From assembly GCA_019058445.1 (NCBI GenBank), contig JAHPZA010000010.1, forward strand, positions 608,001-672,000: DNA of 64,000 bases, given 5' to 3'. The notes beneath the pieces are model-generated. The model saw only the letters and a program-made list of their open reading frames with translations. It did no database searches and had not been told where the DNA came from. The position numbers and the translations under genes are program-made. This DNA comes from Promethearchaeota archaeon. Its GTDB lineage: Archaea > Asgardarchaeota > Lokiarchaeia > Sigyniarchaeales > SOKP01. This document shows positions 52,271-63,559 of the stretch, in pieces (the first letter of the stretch is position 1; every line of letters starts with the position of its first letter).

Positions 52271-52503
52271 AATATATCCACAAAATAAGATCCTTATCTG
52301 TAAATGTAAAACCTAATTCGATATCTTCATTTGATAATAATTGACTTCAAAAATATAAAATATTCATGTATATAAATTTCTGCTAAATCATATAATTATA
52401 AAATTTAAAAGAAAAAGGAATAGAAATAGTATAAAACCATCAATAATAGAGGTTAACTCTTGATTATTTAATTTTATATCTTTTTAGATAAAGTTTAAAA
52501 AAC

Positions 52504-52881
52504 CTAATTTGAAATATTTAAAATATTCTTTACTATTTCTCTAAATTCAGCAACTTTAATTGGTTTTGATATATAATCATTAAAACCCGCTGCTAAAATT
52601 CTTTCTTTATCTCCCTTCATTGCAAATGAAGTAACAGCAATGATCGGAATTTCTTTAAATTTATTAATTTTTCGAAGTTCTGTACAGATATCAATACCAC
52701 TAATTTCTGGTAATTGAATATCTAAGATTACTAGATCGGGTTTTCCAGATTTAATTAATTCTAAGCCAGTATCACCTCGAGTTTCAGAAAAAATTTCTAC
52801 TTCTGGGATTAATTTCAAAATGGCTAAAAAGAGTTTCATATTTTTCTCATTATCTTCGATAACATATACTTTTTTTTTCAT
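52504..52881 (-). CDS. Single-domain response regulator (CheY/DivK-like)
   Basis: IEDN, ILDIQLP, AVTSFAMKGD and YISKP motifs. Confidence 0.92.
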   Translation of the reverse strand: MKKKVYVIEDNEKNMKLFLAILKLIPEVEIFSETRGDTGLELIKSGKPDLVILDIQLPEISGIDICTELRKINKFKEIPIIAVTSFAMKGDKERILAAGFNDYISKPIKVAEFREIVKNILNISN

Positions 52882-53156
52882 AATAAACTTCTCATTTGAA
52901 TAAAATTCAAAATTTATGTTAAAATTAAACCAAGGATAATTTAAAGATATAGTGTTTATTTTTAAATTTTTTTTAAGATATGTTTATATATATTTTCTTT
53001 TTCTTTTTTAGTATTATAATATTTGATGTATAAAATCAGTATATAATAAGGGCTACGGATATTAAAGTCAAAAAGCGTTAAATTTTATTTCGATCTCGTG
53101 AGAATTATAAAACATAAGGTACTTTATTGAAAAATAAATTTTAAAAAGATTGATTT

Positions 53157-54680
53157 TTGATGAGCAGAAAAGTAATTCTTATTGGACCACCTGAAGGAGG
53201 TAAAACAACCTTGAGAAAGATCTTTTTTGAAGGAGAGAACTCAACAAGAATTTTAGAATATGGTTTAGAACCTACTCGAGGACATGAAACTATATTATTA
53301 GATTTAAGGAAAAAGATAGGTCTATTCGATTTAGGTGGTCAAGAAAATCAGCGATGGTTTGAAACTGAAGAAATATCAATATTTTATGAAGCGAAAATTA
53401 TTATTGTTGTATTTGATATAAGTTGGTCATTAAATTATATCGTAGATTTCATTAATAAGATTTTAAGAATTCGTGAAGAAATAACTTCTTTATCAACCAT
53501 TATTATTTTATTACACAAGATCGATTTAGTCGATCAGGAAATTATAAGAAGTATGAGTAAAACTATTTATCACACCATCGAAAAAAATAAACTAGTAAAA
53601 GTATATTTTACGAGCGTTAAAAGAGAGTATATTGCTCAAACTTTTTCATATTTTGTTGAAATTATAAAAGCTTGCATCATTGACGAGATTGAACTAGAAG
53701 ATTCAAATTTTTATTTATTAGATGAAGTATTAAAAGTCGTTTATCTTACATATAAAAATGAGTTTATCTCTAAAACAGATTTTATTACAAAATTAAATCG
53801 CTCAGAAAGAATAATAGATAGAATTATAAACCATTTAATAAAGAAGGAACATTTACAATTCTCGGGGATATATGAAAAAGATAAACTTTTTTTCTTAACA
53901 GCAATAGGAAAAAAGTATTTTACCGATATCTTAGAAAAATTCACTCTTGAAAGATATTTAGAAAGATCGAAGATTAAACCATTTCATATAATAATCCCCG
54001 AAACAAAAGCCCCCTTTATTTTTGGAGTGTTTTTAATAAATAGTAAGGGAAAAGTTACGGTAATCTCAGAAACTTATGAAAATGATTTATACAATATCTT
54101 AAAGGAGAATTTTCAACGGGATAATTTAGAAGCTTATTCCTATGATAACCTTATTCAAAACTTTAAAGCTGCCTTAGAATTATTTATTAAAGAAAGTGAG
54201 ATTCAAGATCTTTCAGGGATAAGGCTAATAGGGGGAACTCTCTATTTCTTTGAATCTCATGGAATCACATTAAGTATAATCGGTCATCCACATGTTGATT
54301 TTAAGAAGTATGAAAACACAATTCTCAAGAGCTTTGAAAAAACTTACATGGATAACAAACTTGAATTTGATATTCTCAAAACAAGCTCAGCAATTTATAA
54401 TACTCAATTAACTCGGATCATGAAAGATTGGTTGATACAAATTAATAATTTTTACATATCTATGTTGGAAAATTTAGATACAATTGATATTTCGTCAGCT
54501 AGAAATCTTTATATGGAATTAGAAGATCTGTCTACTAAGATTGATGTGAATAATGTTGAAGTTCAAGAAAGAATAAAAAAATTGAAAATAGGGTTAATGA
54601 ATAACATACTAGAAGAAAATTTCAATAAATTCAAAGATATTGCTAATGAAATACTCAAAATTAGCTTAGAGTATAAATAA
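53157..54680 (+). CDS. Rag-like GTPase plus wHTH plus longin/roadblock-like domain
   Basis: GPPEGGKT, PTRG, FDLGGQ and HKID; LTAIGK wing motif; GVFLINSKG strand. Confidence 0.75.
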   Translation: MMSRKVILIGPPEGGKTTLRKIFFEGENSTRILEYGLEPTRGHETILLDLRKKIGLFDLGGQENQRWFETEEISIFYEAKIIIVVFDISWSLNYIVDFINKILRIREEITSLSTIIILLHKIDLVDQEIIRSMSKTIYHTIEKNKLVKVYFTSVKREYIAQTFSYFVEIIKACIIDEIELEDSNFYLLDEVLKVVYLTYKNEFISKTDFITKLNRSERIIDRIINHLIKKEHLQFSGIYEKDKLFFLTAIGKKYFTDILEKFTLERYLERSKIKPFHIIIPETKAPFIFGVFLINSKGKVTVISETYENDLYNILKENFQRDNLEAYSYDNLIQNFKAALELFIKESEIQDLSGIRLIGGTLYFFESHGITLSIIGHPHVDFKKYENTILKSFEKTYMDNKLEFDILKTSSAIYNTQLTRIMKDWLIQINNFYISMLENLDTIDISSARNLYMELEDLSTKIDVNNVEVQERIKKLKIGLMNNILEENFNKFKDIANEILKISLEYK

Positions 54681-54810
54681 ATTGAAATTATATGGCTATA
54701 AATTTTCGAATTTGAAAGTTATTAAATTAGATATATTAATAAATACATTCTTTTTTGTATAATGTGCATAAAATGGATATCTATATTTTATTGCTAAAAG
54801 GCAAATTAAA

Positions 54811-56115
54811 ATGGTAATCGGTTTAACATTATATAAATGGGATCAGAGGGTAGGCGCCGTATTAGAAGTAAAATATCCGGAATCTTTTGAAATACATGAT
54901 TCCTTGATGAATAAAATCTACACGACTCATTATTATTCTCAAGATTATGAAAAGGAGGAATTAATAGAAATAAATTATGAAGATCAGGTAATTTTTAGCT
55001 ATTGCGATAAAACCAGAGTTCCTGAAGTAGGTTATGAGATATTAATTCTTATTATACATGAAAAGGATAGAATTAATTCATACAATTTAAAAAAAAAACT
55101 GTTAGATTTCTCAAGAAATGTTATCAAAGAACCTAAGGAAAATAGGGCTTCAATTTTCTTGGAGAATGTAAAAACATTTTTCAAGAAACCCTCGGCAAAG
55201 AAACTATTACTTCTTGGAAGAGCAGGCACAGGAAAAACCACGATAAAAAAAATAATATTTGAAGGAATTAGTCCGAAAGATTTGTTATACAATCCTCTAG
55301 CACCGACTCGTGGAATAACTCCTTCAATGTATTCATGGTTGGATATAAGTTTAGGTCTATTTGATTCTTCCGGTCAAGAGTTACCATTTTTATTGCGCGA
55401 TGAAGATGAGCAAAAAATTGCTTTTGAAAATACAGAAGCTATAATATACTTATTTGACTTCCAAAATTGGATGGTAAATCCCCAGGATTTAATAGAAGAA
55501 GTCCGCAAAATAAAACAAATTTTCATAAATTATAACACTACTGCAAAAATTTTTTTGTTCCTTCATAAAGTCGATTTAATGAAAGAAGATACAAAAGCAC
55601 GAGATCTTACTGAAATTAAGAGTATAATTCAAAAAAAGCTTGAGATGCCTCTGTTTACAACAAGTATCTATCCGGATTTAATTTATAGTCTCTATAATGC
55701 TTTCTGTGATATTTTGAGTGGTTTTTCAAAAGACACTACGATCATAAGAAATATTTTAGATGATAACATCACTGACTTATCGAAAATGATGTGTTTTATT
55801 ACAAATCAAAATAATAGTATTGTTGTACAAACGATGACTCCAGATTTTAATACAAATTATATTAATCATTCTCATAAACTTATTGCGCAATTAAATCAAA
55901 GTTTTGAAGATATGTCCGAAAATCAAATCAATCATGTAATTATATCAAGTACTAATGATTTAAATTTGATTATGATGAATTTAGCTTTAAAAAAATTCAA
56001 CCTAAAAAATTTAATATGTATTTCAGAATCGCTTCGTGCTAATAAGTTGATTTTATTAGGAGGATATATCAGAACAGCATTAAACCGGTATCTTTATTAT
56101 AATAAAAAAGACTAA
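54811..56115 (+). CDS. Longin/uDENN-like domain plus Rag-like GTPase plus roadblock-like domain
   Basis: N-terminal GLTLYKWDQRVGAVLEVKYP; GRAGTGKT, FDSSGQE and HKVD; C-terminal CFITNQNNSIVVQ. Confidence 0.72.
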   Translation: MVIGLTLYKWDQRVGAVLEVKYPESFEIHDSLMNKIYTTHYYSQDYEKEELIEINYEDQVIFSYCDKTRVPEVGYEILILIIHEKDRINSYNLKKKLLDFSRNVIKEPKENRASIFLENVKTFFKKPSAKKLLLLGRAGTGKTTIKKIIFEGISPKDLLYNPLAPTRGITPSMYSWLDISLGLFDSSGQELPFLLRDEDEQKIAFENTEAIIYLFDFQNWMVNPQDLIEEVRKIKQIFINYNTTAKIFLFLHKVDLMKEDTKARDLTEIKSIIQKKLEMPLFTTSIYPDLIYSLYNAFCDILSGFSKDTTIIRNILDDNITDLSKMMCFITNQNNSIVVQTMTPDFNTNYINHSHKLIAQLNQSFEDMSENQINHVIISSTNDLNLIMMNLALKKFNLKNLICISESLRANKLILLGGYIRTALNRYLYYNKKD

Positions 56116-56127
56116 ATCAATGATTAA

Positions 56128-57660
56128 ATGAGTAAGAAAATCGTTATAGTAGGACCGCCAGGAGCTGGTAAAACTACTCTTCGCAAAATTTTTTTTGAAG
56201 GTGAAAACTCATCTCAACTCTTAGAATATGCACTTGAACCGACTCACGGGCAAGAATCTCTCATCTTAAAATTGAGGCCTGAAGTAGGAATTTTTGATTT
56301 AGCAGGTCAAGAAAATAAGAGATGGTTTGAAACAGGTGAGAGCTCTATTTTTTATAGTGCAAAAATAATCCTTGTGGTAATAGATATAATCTCTTCAATT
56401 GAAACAATACTCGATTTTATAAGAAAGGTTATTGAGATTAGGAATTCTCTTACTCCAAATTCAATGATTTATGTCCTATTACATAAAATTGACTTAATTA
56501 CAGAGAATCAACTTAAGAAAATAAGGATAAAAATAAATAGATCTCTATTAGAAGTGAATTTAATAAAAGTTTTATTCTCTAGCGTTAAAAAAGAATATTT
56601 TTCCACTACTTTATCATTTTTTCTTGAAATCTTAATGATTTGTTTAAATGAAGAAATCTCATTCGAAAATTTTGATTTTTATTTATTAAATGAAACAATT
56701 AGACTACTTAAGTTAATAGATAACGAATTGATCAGTTCCAAAACAGATTTGCATGAAAGATTAAATATAACTGAAGAAGATCTTAATCGAATAATAAATC
56801 ATTTAGTTGAAACTGGACAAATTCAATTTTCTGATATAAAAACCGAGAGAATACTAAGCCTTACAGAAAAAGGTAAGAATAACTTTAATAAAATTGTAAA
56901 CAATTTTTCTATGAATAATATTTTGAGTTTTAAAAAAGAAGCTACTGTTATTAATATCCCAAGTAAAGAAAATATTCCCCCATTTTTGGGTTATTTTATT
57001 GCTAACGAAGATGGTCTAGCATTACAAAAAGTAGAATTGTATGAAGGAATTCTTTTAAACTATCTAAAAATCAAATACGGAGAAAAAGAAATAATAGAAA
57101 ATGAAAAGTTTGATCTTGATTTAATCCCGATGTTTGTTAGTGCCTTAGAGAAATTTTCAAATGAAATTAATATTAAAAACTTATCTGGTTTCACTTTAAT
57201 GGGAACTAATTTAAAGATGCAAATCTTGGGATATGATCAATATACGGTAACTCTCTTTTCTAATCCAAATGTTAACATAAAAAATATCAAATATAAAATT
57301 GATAATTTTTTCATTAATTTTTTTGAAATCCATAAAAATGAGTTTGAGAAAGCTGTTAAAACGGGCTCCTTTAGTAATATTCAGTATTTAGCGGAAGAAG
57401 GAGCAAATTGGTTAAATCGACTGAATATTTTATATAAAAACATAATTATAAGTACCGATTTCTATGATTTAGAAAGTGCAAAAAACATTTATGATGATCT
57501 AGACAATTTCCAAAGAGATGTAAATATTGAATATTCAATTATTCTTGAAAAAATTAAAAAATTAAAAATTAATTTGATGAATGCAATTTTAATAGAAGAC
57601 TTCGAGGAGATTAAAAAATTGGCCATGACTGCTCACCATCTAAAATCCAAATTTTACTAA
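56128..57660 (+). CDS. Rag-like GTPase plus wHTH plus longin/roadblock-like domain (paralog of 53157)
   Basis: GPPGAGKT, FDLAGQ and HKID; LTEKG; GYFIANEDGL...MFVSALEKFSNEI. Confidence 0.78.
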   Translation: MSKKIVIVGPPGAGKTTLRKIFFEGENSSQLLEYALEPTHGQESLILKLRPEVGIFDLAGQENKRWFETGESSIFYSAKIILVVIDIISSIETILDFIRKVIEIRNSLTPNSMIYVLLHKIDLITENQLKKIRIKINRSLLEVNLIKVLFSSVKKEYFSTTLSFFLEILMICLNEEISFENFDFYLLNETIRLLKLIDNELISSKTDLHERLNITEEDLNRIINHLVETGQIQFSDIKTERILSLTEKGKNNFNKIVNNFSMNNILSFKKEATVINIPSKENIPPFLGYFIANEDGLALQKVELYEGILLNYLKIKYGEKEIIENEKFDLDLIPMFVSALEKFSNEINIKNLSGFTLMGTNLKMQILGYDQYTVTLFSNPNVNIKNIKYKIDNFFINFFEIHKNEFEKAVKTGSFSNIQYLAEEGANWLNRLNILYKNIIISTDFYDLESAKNIYDDLDNFQRDVNIEYSIILEKIKKLKINLMNAILIEDFEEIKKLAMTAHHLKSKFY

Positions 57661-57735
57661 TATTGATTTTTAGTATATAAAACTCAGACTTAATTCTTAA
57701 AGAAATAATCTATATTTATAAACATGAGTAATAAA

Positions 57736-60483
57736 TCAAATCAAATTCAGAAATTCATCTACTGAAAATTCTTCAATTTTTATATTCTTTGGAATAGTAA
57801 ATGTAAAAGTTGTCCCGACACCTAATTTACTTGTAAAAAAAATATTTCCACCATGAAGATTCACTAATCTCTTGGTTAGCGATAACCCTAAACCAGTACC
57901 AGGCAATGAATTTGTGTAAGGATTATTAACTCTTTTGAAGTCTTTGAAGATTATATCAAAATATTTTTCTGGAATACCAATACCTGTATCTTTAACCTTA
58001 AATATCCAATTCTCTTTATCTTCTTCGACAATAATTGTAATTTTTCCTTCTAATGTGAACTTTATTGCATTATCAAGTAAATTATAAAGAATTTCCTTAA
58101 ACCTCAAAGGATCAGCTGTAATTTCTTTTTTACTTTTTAATCCTTTCAACTTAATCTTAATATTCTTCTTTGAATATTCTGGTTTGAAAGTTGATAAAAC
58201 TTGTTCTATTATTGAATTTAAAGAAAAAATCTTAGTGTTTAATGTCGTCTCTCCTGCCTCGATTTTTGAAATATCTAAAATGTCTTTTACCATGTCAAAT
58301 TGATGCTGAGCTGAAGATTTGATATCATTTACAAATTGAAGTTGTTCTTGGTTTAAAGGGCCATATACTTCTTCTAAGAGCAAGTCAGTAAATCCTATAA
58401 TTGCGTTTAAGGGAGTTCTTAGTTCATGAGACATAGTCGCTAAAAATTCATTTTTTATTTGTGAAGCTCTAAGTATTTCATCTAAATATTTTTTTTGCTG
58501 GTCTAAAGCTCGTTTAAGCTCTTTAGTTCTGATTACTACTTCTTCCTCTAATTGTTCCTTAAATCTTTCTTCTAAGAGTTCAGCTCTTTTTCGTTGAGTT
58601 ATATCTTTAGCTATCCCAAAAAATCCTATTTTTGTTCCTTCTGAATCATACATTAAGGAGATTGAAATTTCGATAAATTTTTTTTTTTTATTCTTAGTTT
58701 TAATTTTATATTCAAAATTCTTGACTGATTTTTCGGTTTTATAAACTTCATTAAACTGAGTGAAAACCTTCTCTTTAGTAGAATAATCTAAATATTCTCT
58801 ATAATTCATATTCCTTAATTCTTCTTTGGGGTATTCAAAAATATTACATAATGACTCGTTAAAGAATATGAAATCTCCTCTTAAATCAACTTCATAATAT
58901 CCTTCTTTAATATTATTCAAAATTTTTCGATATTTCTCTTCAGATTCTTTTAATTGTACCTCAGCATTTTTTTGGTCAGTTATATCAATAATATTAATTA
59001 AATCCGCATAATGTCCTTGAAATTGGATTGATTTAGAATAATTATCAATCCATTTCACTATTCCTTTTTTCGTTAAAATTTTAGACTCATAATGAATTAT
59101 AGCATCTGAAGTACCTTGTTGCTTTATTGCAGCTTGTTTCGACACAAAATCTCGAAATTCTGGATGGATAATTTTAATCCATTCATCTGAGCCCCAACCC
59201 ATTATCTCCTGAACGCTATATCCGCATATAGAGGCAAAATAATGATTTATATATATAAAGTTATTATTTTGTAGTATTGCTATTCCCATCAGAGATTGTT
59301 CAGTTATAATTCTAAATTTTTCTTCAGAATCTCTAAGATCATTCTCTGCTTTCTTTTGCTCATAAATCCTGCCTAAAAATTCAGCAATAGCATTAATAAG
59401 GTCTAATTCTTCTCTTAAAAAAGGTCTTTGTTCAGATTCTTGTATATCTTTTAGATAATATACTTCCACAGTACCAATTTTTTCTCCCTTTACTTTGATT
59501 TCAGCGATATGTTTCCATTCTGTTTCCACAAAATTGTCGTTTTTAAATTCCCCTCCTTTAATTATGATTTTACAACATATTTCATTGGGAAATTGGAAAG
59601 CAGGCAGAATTAAATCGAGAGTTCTTTGAAATATTTCTTCTATTGGAAGATCATTATTTTCAATTAGTTTTGATAATCCATATAAACAAGTAAGTTCTTT
59701 TACACTTTCTTTTAATTTACTTTCCAGCTCAAGTTGTTTAGTAATATCTTTTATCGTCCCTTCCACTTCCAATGGATTTCCCTTTAAATCGCGTATTAGA
59801 TGCGCGTTTATTTCAACGGTTATTGTTTTTCTATTTGGTGTTTTAATTTTAGCGATAAAATTTTTTATGTATCCATTTCGCTCTAATTCTTCATAATATT
59901 GTTCTTGTGTTTTAGAACCAACTAAAAACTCAGATGCTTTTGCTCCCACTAAACTTACTGATGGATCCAGACCTAAAATACTATTTAATTGTTGATTATG
60001 AATGAGCAGCTTTCCCTTGAACTCACCTTTATAAAATCCCACGTCTAAATTTTTAATTATATTTTTGAGGTTTTCTTCGGATTTTTGTAATAATTCTTCC
60101 AAATTCTTCTTTTTAGTAATATCCTCTGCCATTTCAAAACGAACCTTCCGTCCGTCATCCCAAATTATTGCTTGATCAATAATATGAAACCATTTACCGA
60201 CTTTTTCGTTATAAAAATCAAAAATAAATGGAGATTTTGGTCTTTTACTGAATAAAAGTCTATTGGTACAAAAAGAACAAGGTTCATTAAATTCATGAAA
60301 TACTTCATAGCATTTTTTACCTATAATATCTCCTGGAACATATTCGTTCGTTTTATTATTCACATAAAGAATCTCATAAGAATTCGGATCTGAGATATAG
60401 ACTAGTTGTTCAAAATTATCAAAAATCGCTTTAAATTTCTGATCTCCTTGAATTTCAAAATTTTTTGTTTTATTCTCTTTCAA
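57736..60483 (-). CDS. Multi-PAS sensor histidine kinase
   Basis: 4 PAS domains; MSHELRTPLN, NAIKFT, DTGIGI and GTGLGL. Confidence 0.93.
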   Translation of the reverse strand: MKENKTKNFEIQGDQKFKAIFDNFEQLVYISDPNSYEILYVNNKTNEYVPGDIIGKKCYEVFHEFNEPCSFCTNRLLFSKRPKSPFIFDFYNEKVGKWFHIIDQAIIWDDGRKVRFEMAEDITKKKNLEELLQKSEENLKNIIKNLDVGFYKGEFKGKLLIHNQQLNSILGLDPSVSLVGAKASEFLVGSKTQEQYYEELERNGYIKNFIAKIKTPNRKTITVEINAHLIRDLKGNPLEVEGTIKDITKQLELESKLKESVKELTCLYGLSKLIENNDLPIEEIFQRTLDLILPAFQFPNEICCKIIIKGGEFKNDNFVETEWKHIAEIKVKGEKIGTVEVYYLKDIQESEQRPFLREELDLINAIAEFLGRIYEQKKAENDLRDSEEKFRIITEQSLMGIAILQNNNFIYINHYFASICGYSVQEIMGWGSDEWIKIIHPEFRDFVSKQAAIKQQGTSDAIIHYESKILTKKGIVKWIDNYSKSIQFQGHYADLINIIDITDQKNAEVQLKESEEKYRKILNNIKEGYYEVDLRGDFIFFNESLCNIFEYPKEELRNMNYREYLDYSTKEKVFTQFNEVYKTEKSVKNFEYKIKTKNKKKKFIEISISLMYDSEGTKIGFFGIAKDITQRKRAELLEERFKEQLEEEVVIRTKELKRALDQQKKYLDEILRASQIKNEFLATMSHELRTPLNAIIGFTDLLLEEVYGPLNQEQLQFVNDIKSSAQHQFDMVKDILDISKIEAGETTLNTKIFSLNSIIEQVLSTFKPEYSKKNIKIKLKGLKSKKEITADPLRFKEILYNLLDNAIKFTLEGKITIIVEEDKENWIFKVKDTGIGIPEKYFDIIFKDFKRVNNPYTNSLPGTGLGLSLTKRLVNLHGGNIFFTSKLGVGTTFTFTIPKNIKIEEFSVDEFLNLI

Positions 60484-60571
60484 GATTAAATACGCTATAG
60501 TATAATTCTATTTGATTATCTATCTTATTATGCTAAATTAAATTATTCTGGAATTGTAATGAAAAATGTAA

Positions 60572-63100
60572 TTAAATATTATCTTTAGTTTTTTCAATTT
60601 TGGGTATTGTGAAGTGGAATGTAGTTCCTACACCAAATTTACTTTTATACCATATTTCTCCTCCATGTAAATTAATGATTCGTTTAGTTACTGCTAATCC
60701 TAATCCTGAACCAGCTACGTTTTTCAATTTGTCATTCTCTATTCGACCAAATTCTCTAAAAACAACATCATTATCCTCATCTTCAATTCCAACACCCGTA
60801 TCTTCTACTTGAAATTCCCAATGATCCCTCCTTTCAAAAGCTTTTAAATTAATATAACCTTCATTAGTAAATTTTATAGAATTATCGATGAGATTATATA
60901 AAACTTGTTTAAATCTTAAAGGATCCGCGCTGATAACAGTATTTTGGTTAATTCCTTCAACATTAAATTCTAGATTTTTTCGAATATATAGAGGTTCTGT
61001 TATAGATTTAATTTCTTGGATAATGGGCCATAGTTCAAAATCAGTTATATTTAATTCAAATTTACCTGCATCGATTCTCGACAAATCCAATATACTGTTT
61101 ATTATATTTAAAAGGTGTTCTCCCGCTTGATATATATCCTTTAAAAAGGTTTTTTGCTGTTTATTAGTATTTCCATATCCATCTTCTAAGAGTAATGAAG
61201 AAAATCCTAAGATTGCATTTAAAGGAGTTCTTAATTCATGAGAAACTGTAGCTAGAAACATAGACTTAAATTCTAATGATGAAATTAACTCATCAAGTAA
61301 CAATTCTCTACGTCTTTCGTAATTTTTACGTTCAGAAATATTAGAAAAAAAAGATTGTATAATAAGATTTTCTGCAATTTTAATGATTGTGGAAGAAATT
61401 TCAACATCAATTAACTTCCCTGTTTTTGTTTTAATTGATGCCTCAAATGAATTTTTTGTGGTTAAATCATAGATATCTTCGTTAAAATGTTTATGTGCTA
61501 TTTCAAGGTATTTTGGATCAAAGATATTAAGAATTTTATAATTTAATAGTTCATCATCATATTCTAATAAGTCCTTTGCAGCTTCATTTGCTCTGAGTAT
61601 CTTTCCACTATTATCTATTAAAAAGATTGCTAAAGGAGCATGCTCAATTAATGCATTCATCTCATGAAGTGTTTGCTCAAGTCTTCGTACTATTCTTTCT
61701 GATTCTTTGAGCTCAGTTATATCTAAGGCAGTGATTTGAATTGCATATATGGTTCCTGACAAATCTTTAAGTGGTTGTTCATCAACTAAAAAGCATTTAT
61801 TTCCTGTAAAATATTCATAAGTTTCTTCATATGAGTTCCCTATTCCTGTTTCAAAGATCTTAAGATAAGAATTAAAGCGCTTTTCTGCAACTTGGGTTGG
61901 AAATACATCAAATAAAGATTTTCCAATGAAGCCATCTGGTACTCCACCTAAATCTTTAGCTGCTTTTTTATTAACAACTAAAAATATACCATTTCTATCT
62001 ATACTCATAATACTGGATTCAGAATGCTCAATTAAATTTTTATATTTCATTTCGGATTCTTTTAAGGCCAATTCAGCTATTTTTCGTTCTGTAATATCCA
62101 TAGCATAAACATTTACATAATGTACCTCGGGAACTGGTGTAATCGTTAGCGAATAAAATTGTGTATTAAATTGGAGTTCCATTTGTTTATTTGTCCGAGT
62201 CATTATCGCTTCATTAATAGGAGTTCTTAGGAGTTTAGGAACAGCACTTCCTTTTTCTATATTGAACCATCTCTTTGCTGCAGGATTAGCATAGATAATA
62301 ATACCATCAGTTGCTCTCAAAACAGGATTAGGATCTTCAGAAGGAAATTTAGCGATGCTTTTTATTTTTTCTTCTGCTTCTTTGCGAATTGAGATATCTC
62401 TGATAGTAACTAAATTTGCTTCAGAATTTTCCCATAAAATTCTTGCTGAGTTCATCTCAGCATGAATAATCCGTCCATCTTTCTTAGGAATTTTAATCTC
62501 AGTTTTATTTTCAAGGCTAATTGGATAACCAAAAGATTGATCTATAAAGTTATTTCGTTCTCTATCAAATAATTTTTCTGCTGCATTATTTACAAATTGC
62601 ACAATCCCTTGATCATTGATTATTGCAATCCCGTCCGCATTTCCATCTATAATATTTCTTAGTTGCTCTTGACTCTTCTGAAGGGTCGTTGCTAATAATT
62701 CTATGGTTTGCTTCATTTTTTGCCTATCTATTGCATGAATGATAGCTCTTGCTAAAATATTTCCCGTTATCGTCCCTTTTATTAAGTATTCCTGAGCACC
62801 TACCTGAACCGCCTTTTTAGCAATATTTTCATCTTTAACTCCCGTTAAAACAACAATAGGTAAATTTTTAACTTTATCACGAGTTTTAATTATAGTATCG
62901 ATTCCCCTACAATCAGGAAGAATTAAATCTAAAAGAATAACATCCGACTTATACTTCTCGATTTTTTTAAAACCAGTAGTAAGATTTTTAGCTATGATTA
63001 ACTTATAATAAAAATTGCTATTATCTTTAAGAAGTTCTTCAATTAAACGAATATCTCCCGGATTATCTTCAATTAATAAAATATTTATTGTTTCGTTCAT
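60572..63100 (-). CDS. Hybrid receiver-PAS histidine kinase
   Basis: N-terminal REC domain (IEDN, LLDLILPD), several PAS domains, VSHELRTPLN, DTGVGI and GSGLGL. Confidence 0.93.
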   Translation of the reverse strand: MNETINILLIEDNPGDIRLIEELLKDNSNFYYKLIIAKNLTTGFKKIEKYKSDVILLDLILPDCRGIDTIIKTRDKVKNLPIVVLTGVKDENIAKKAVQVGAQEYLIKGTITGNILARAIIHAIDRQKMKQTIELLATTLQKSQEQLRNIIDGNADGIAIINDQGIVQFVNNAAEKLFDRERNNFIDQSFGYPISLENKTEIKIPKKDGRIIHAEMNSARILWENSEANLVTIRDISIRKEAEEKIKSIAKFPSEDPNPVLRATDGIIIYANPAAKRWFNIEKGSAVPKLLRTPINEAIMTRTNKQMELQFNTQFYSLTITPVPEVHYVNVYAMDITERKIAELALKESEMKYKNLIEHSESSIMSIDRNGIFLVVNKKAAKDLGGVPDGFIGKSLFDVFPTQVAEKRFNSYLKIFETGIGNSYEETYEYFTGNKCFLVDEQPLKDLSGTIYAIQITALDITELKESERIVRRLEQTLHEMNALIEHAPLAIFLIDNSGKILRANEAAKDLLEYDDELLNYKILNIFDPKYLEIAHKHFNEDIYDLTTKNSFEASIKTKTGKLIDVEISSTIIKIAENLIIQSFFSNISERKNYERRRELLLDELISSLEFKSMFLATVSHELRTPLNAILGFSSLLLEDGYGNTNKQQKTFLKDIYQAGEHLLNIINSILDLSRIDAGKFELNITDFELWPIIQEIKSITEPLYIRKNLEFNVEGINQNTVISADPLRFKQVLYNLIDNSIKFTNEGYINLKAFERRDHWEFQVEDTGVGIEDEDNDVVFREFGRIENDKLKNVAGSGLGLAVTKRIINLHGGEIWYKSKFGVGTTFHFTIPKIEKTKDNI

Positions 63101-63244
63101 AGGAGCAATAGGTATCGATTTTATAAACTACTATTTATTAGAAATAAACATTAGTAAGACTTTGGGACCATTATAGTGTTTTAAATTTTATTACAAAAAC
63201 GCATTTAACATTTTTATAAATTACTTTTATTTATGCTTTTAGTT

Positions 63245-63496
63245 TTACAGAGTAGATTGAGAATTCATTTTTAATGCATTATGAATAGTTACAATGAGTT
63301 TTTCACAGAGGAATGGTTTTTCAATAAAATCTATTACACATAAAGAGAATATTTCCTCCTTTATACTATTATATGCTGTCGTAAAGATTATCTTTGAATC
63401 TTGATCTATATTTAAAATCATTTTTGCTGTTTTAATACTATTTTGCATTGGCATTCGATGTTCTATTAAAAATGATAGATTCATTGTGATTAACAT
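63245..63496 (-). pseudogene. Degenerate receiver-domain fragment
   Basis: IIFTTAY...DFIEKPF retained; N-terminal strand and phospho-Asp missing. Confidence 0.6.
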
Positions 63497-63559
63497 AGTT
63501 TATTTCAAAAAAGCTCTTAATTTTCTCATCTTTATGTTTAAAATAGGATAATCCAATAA

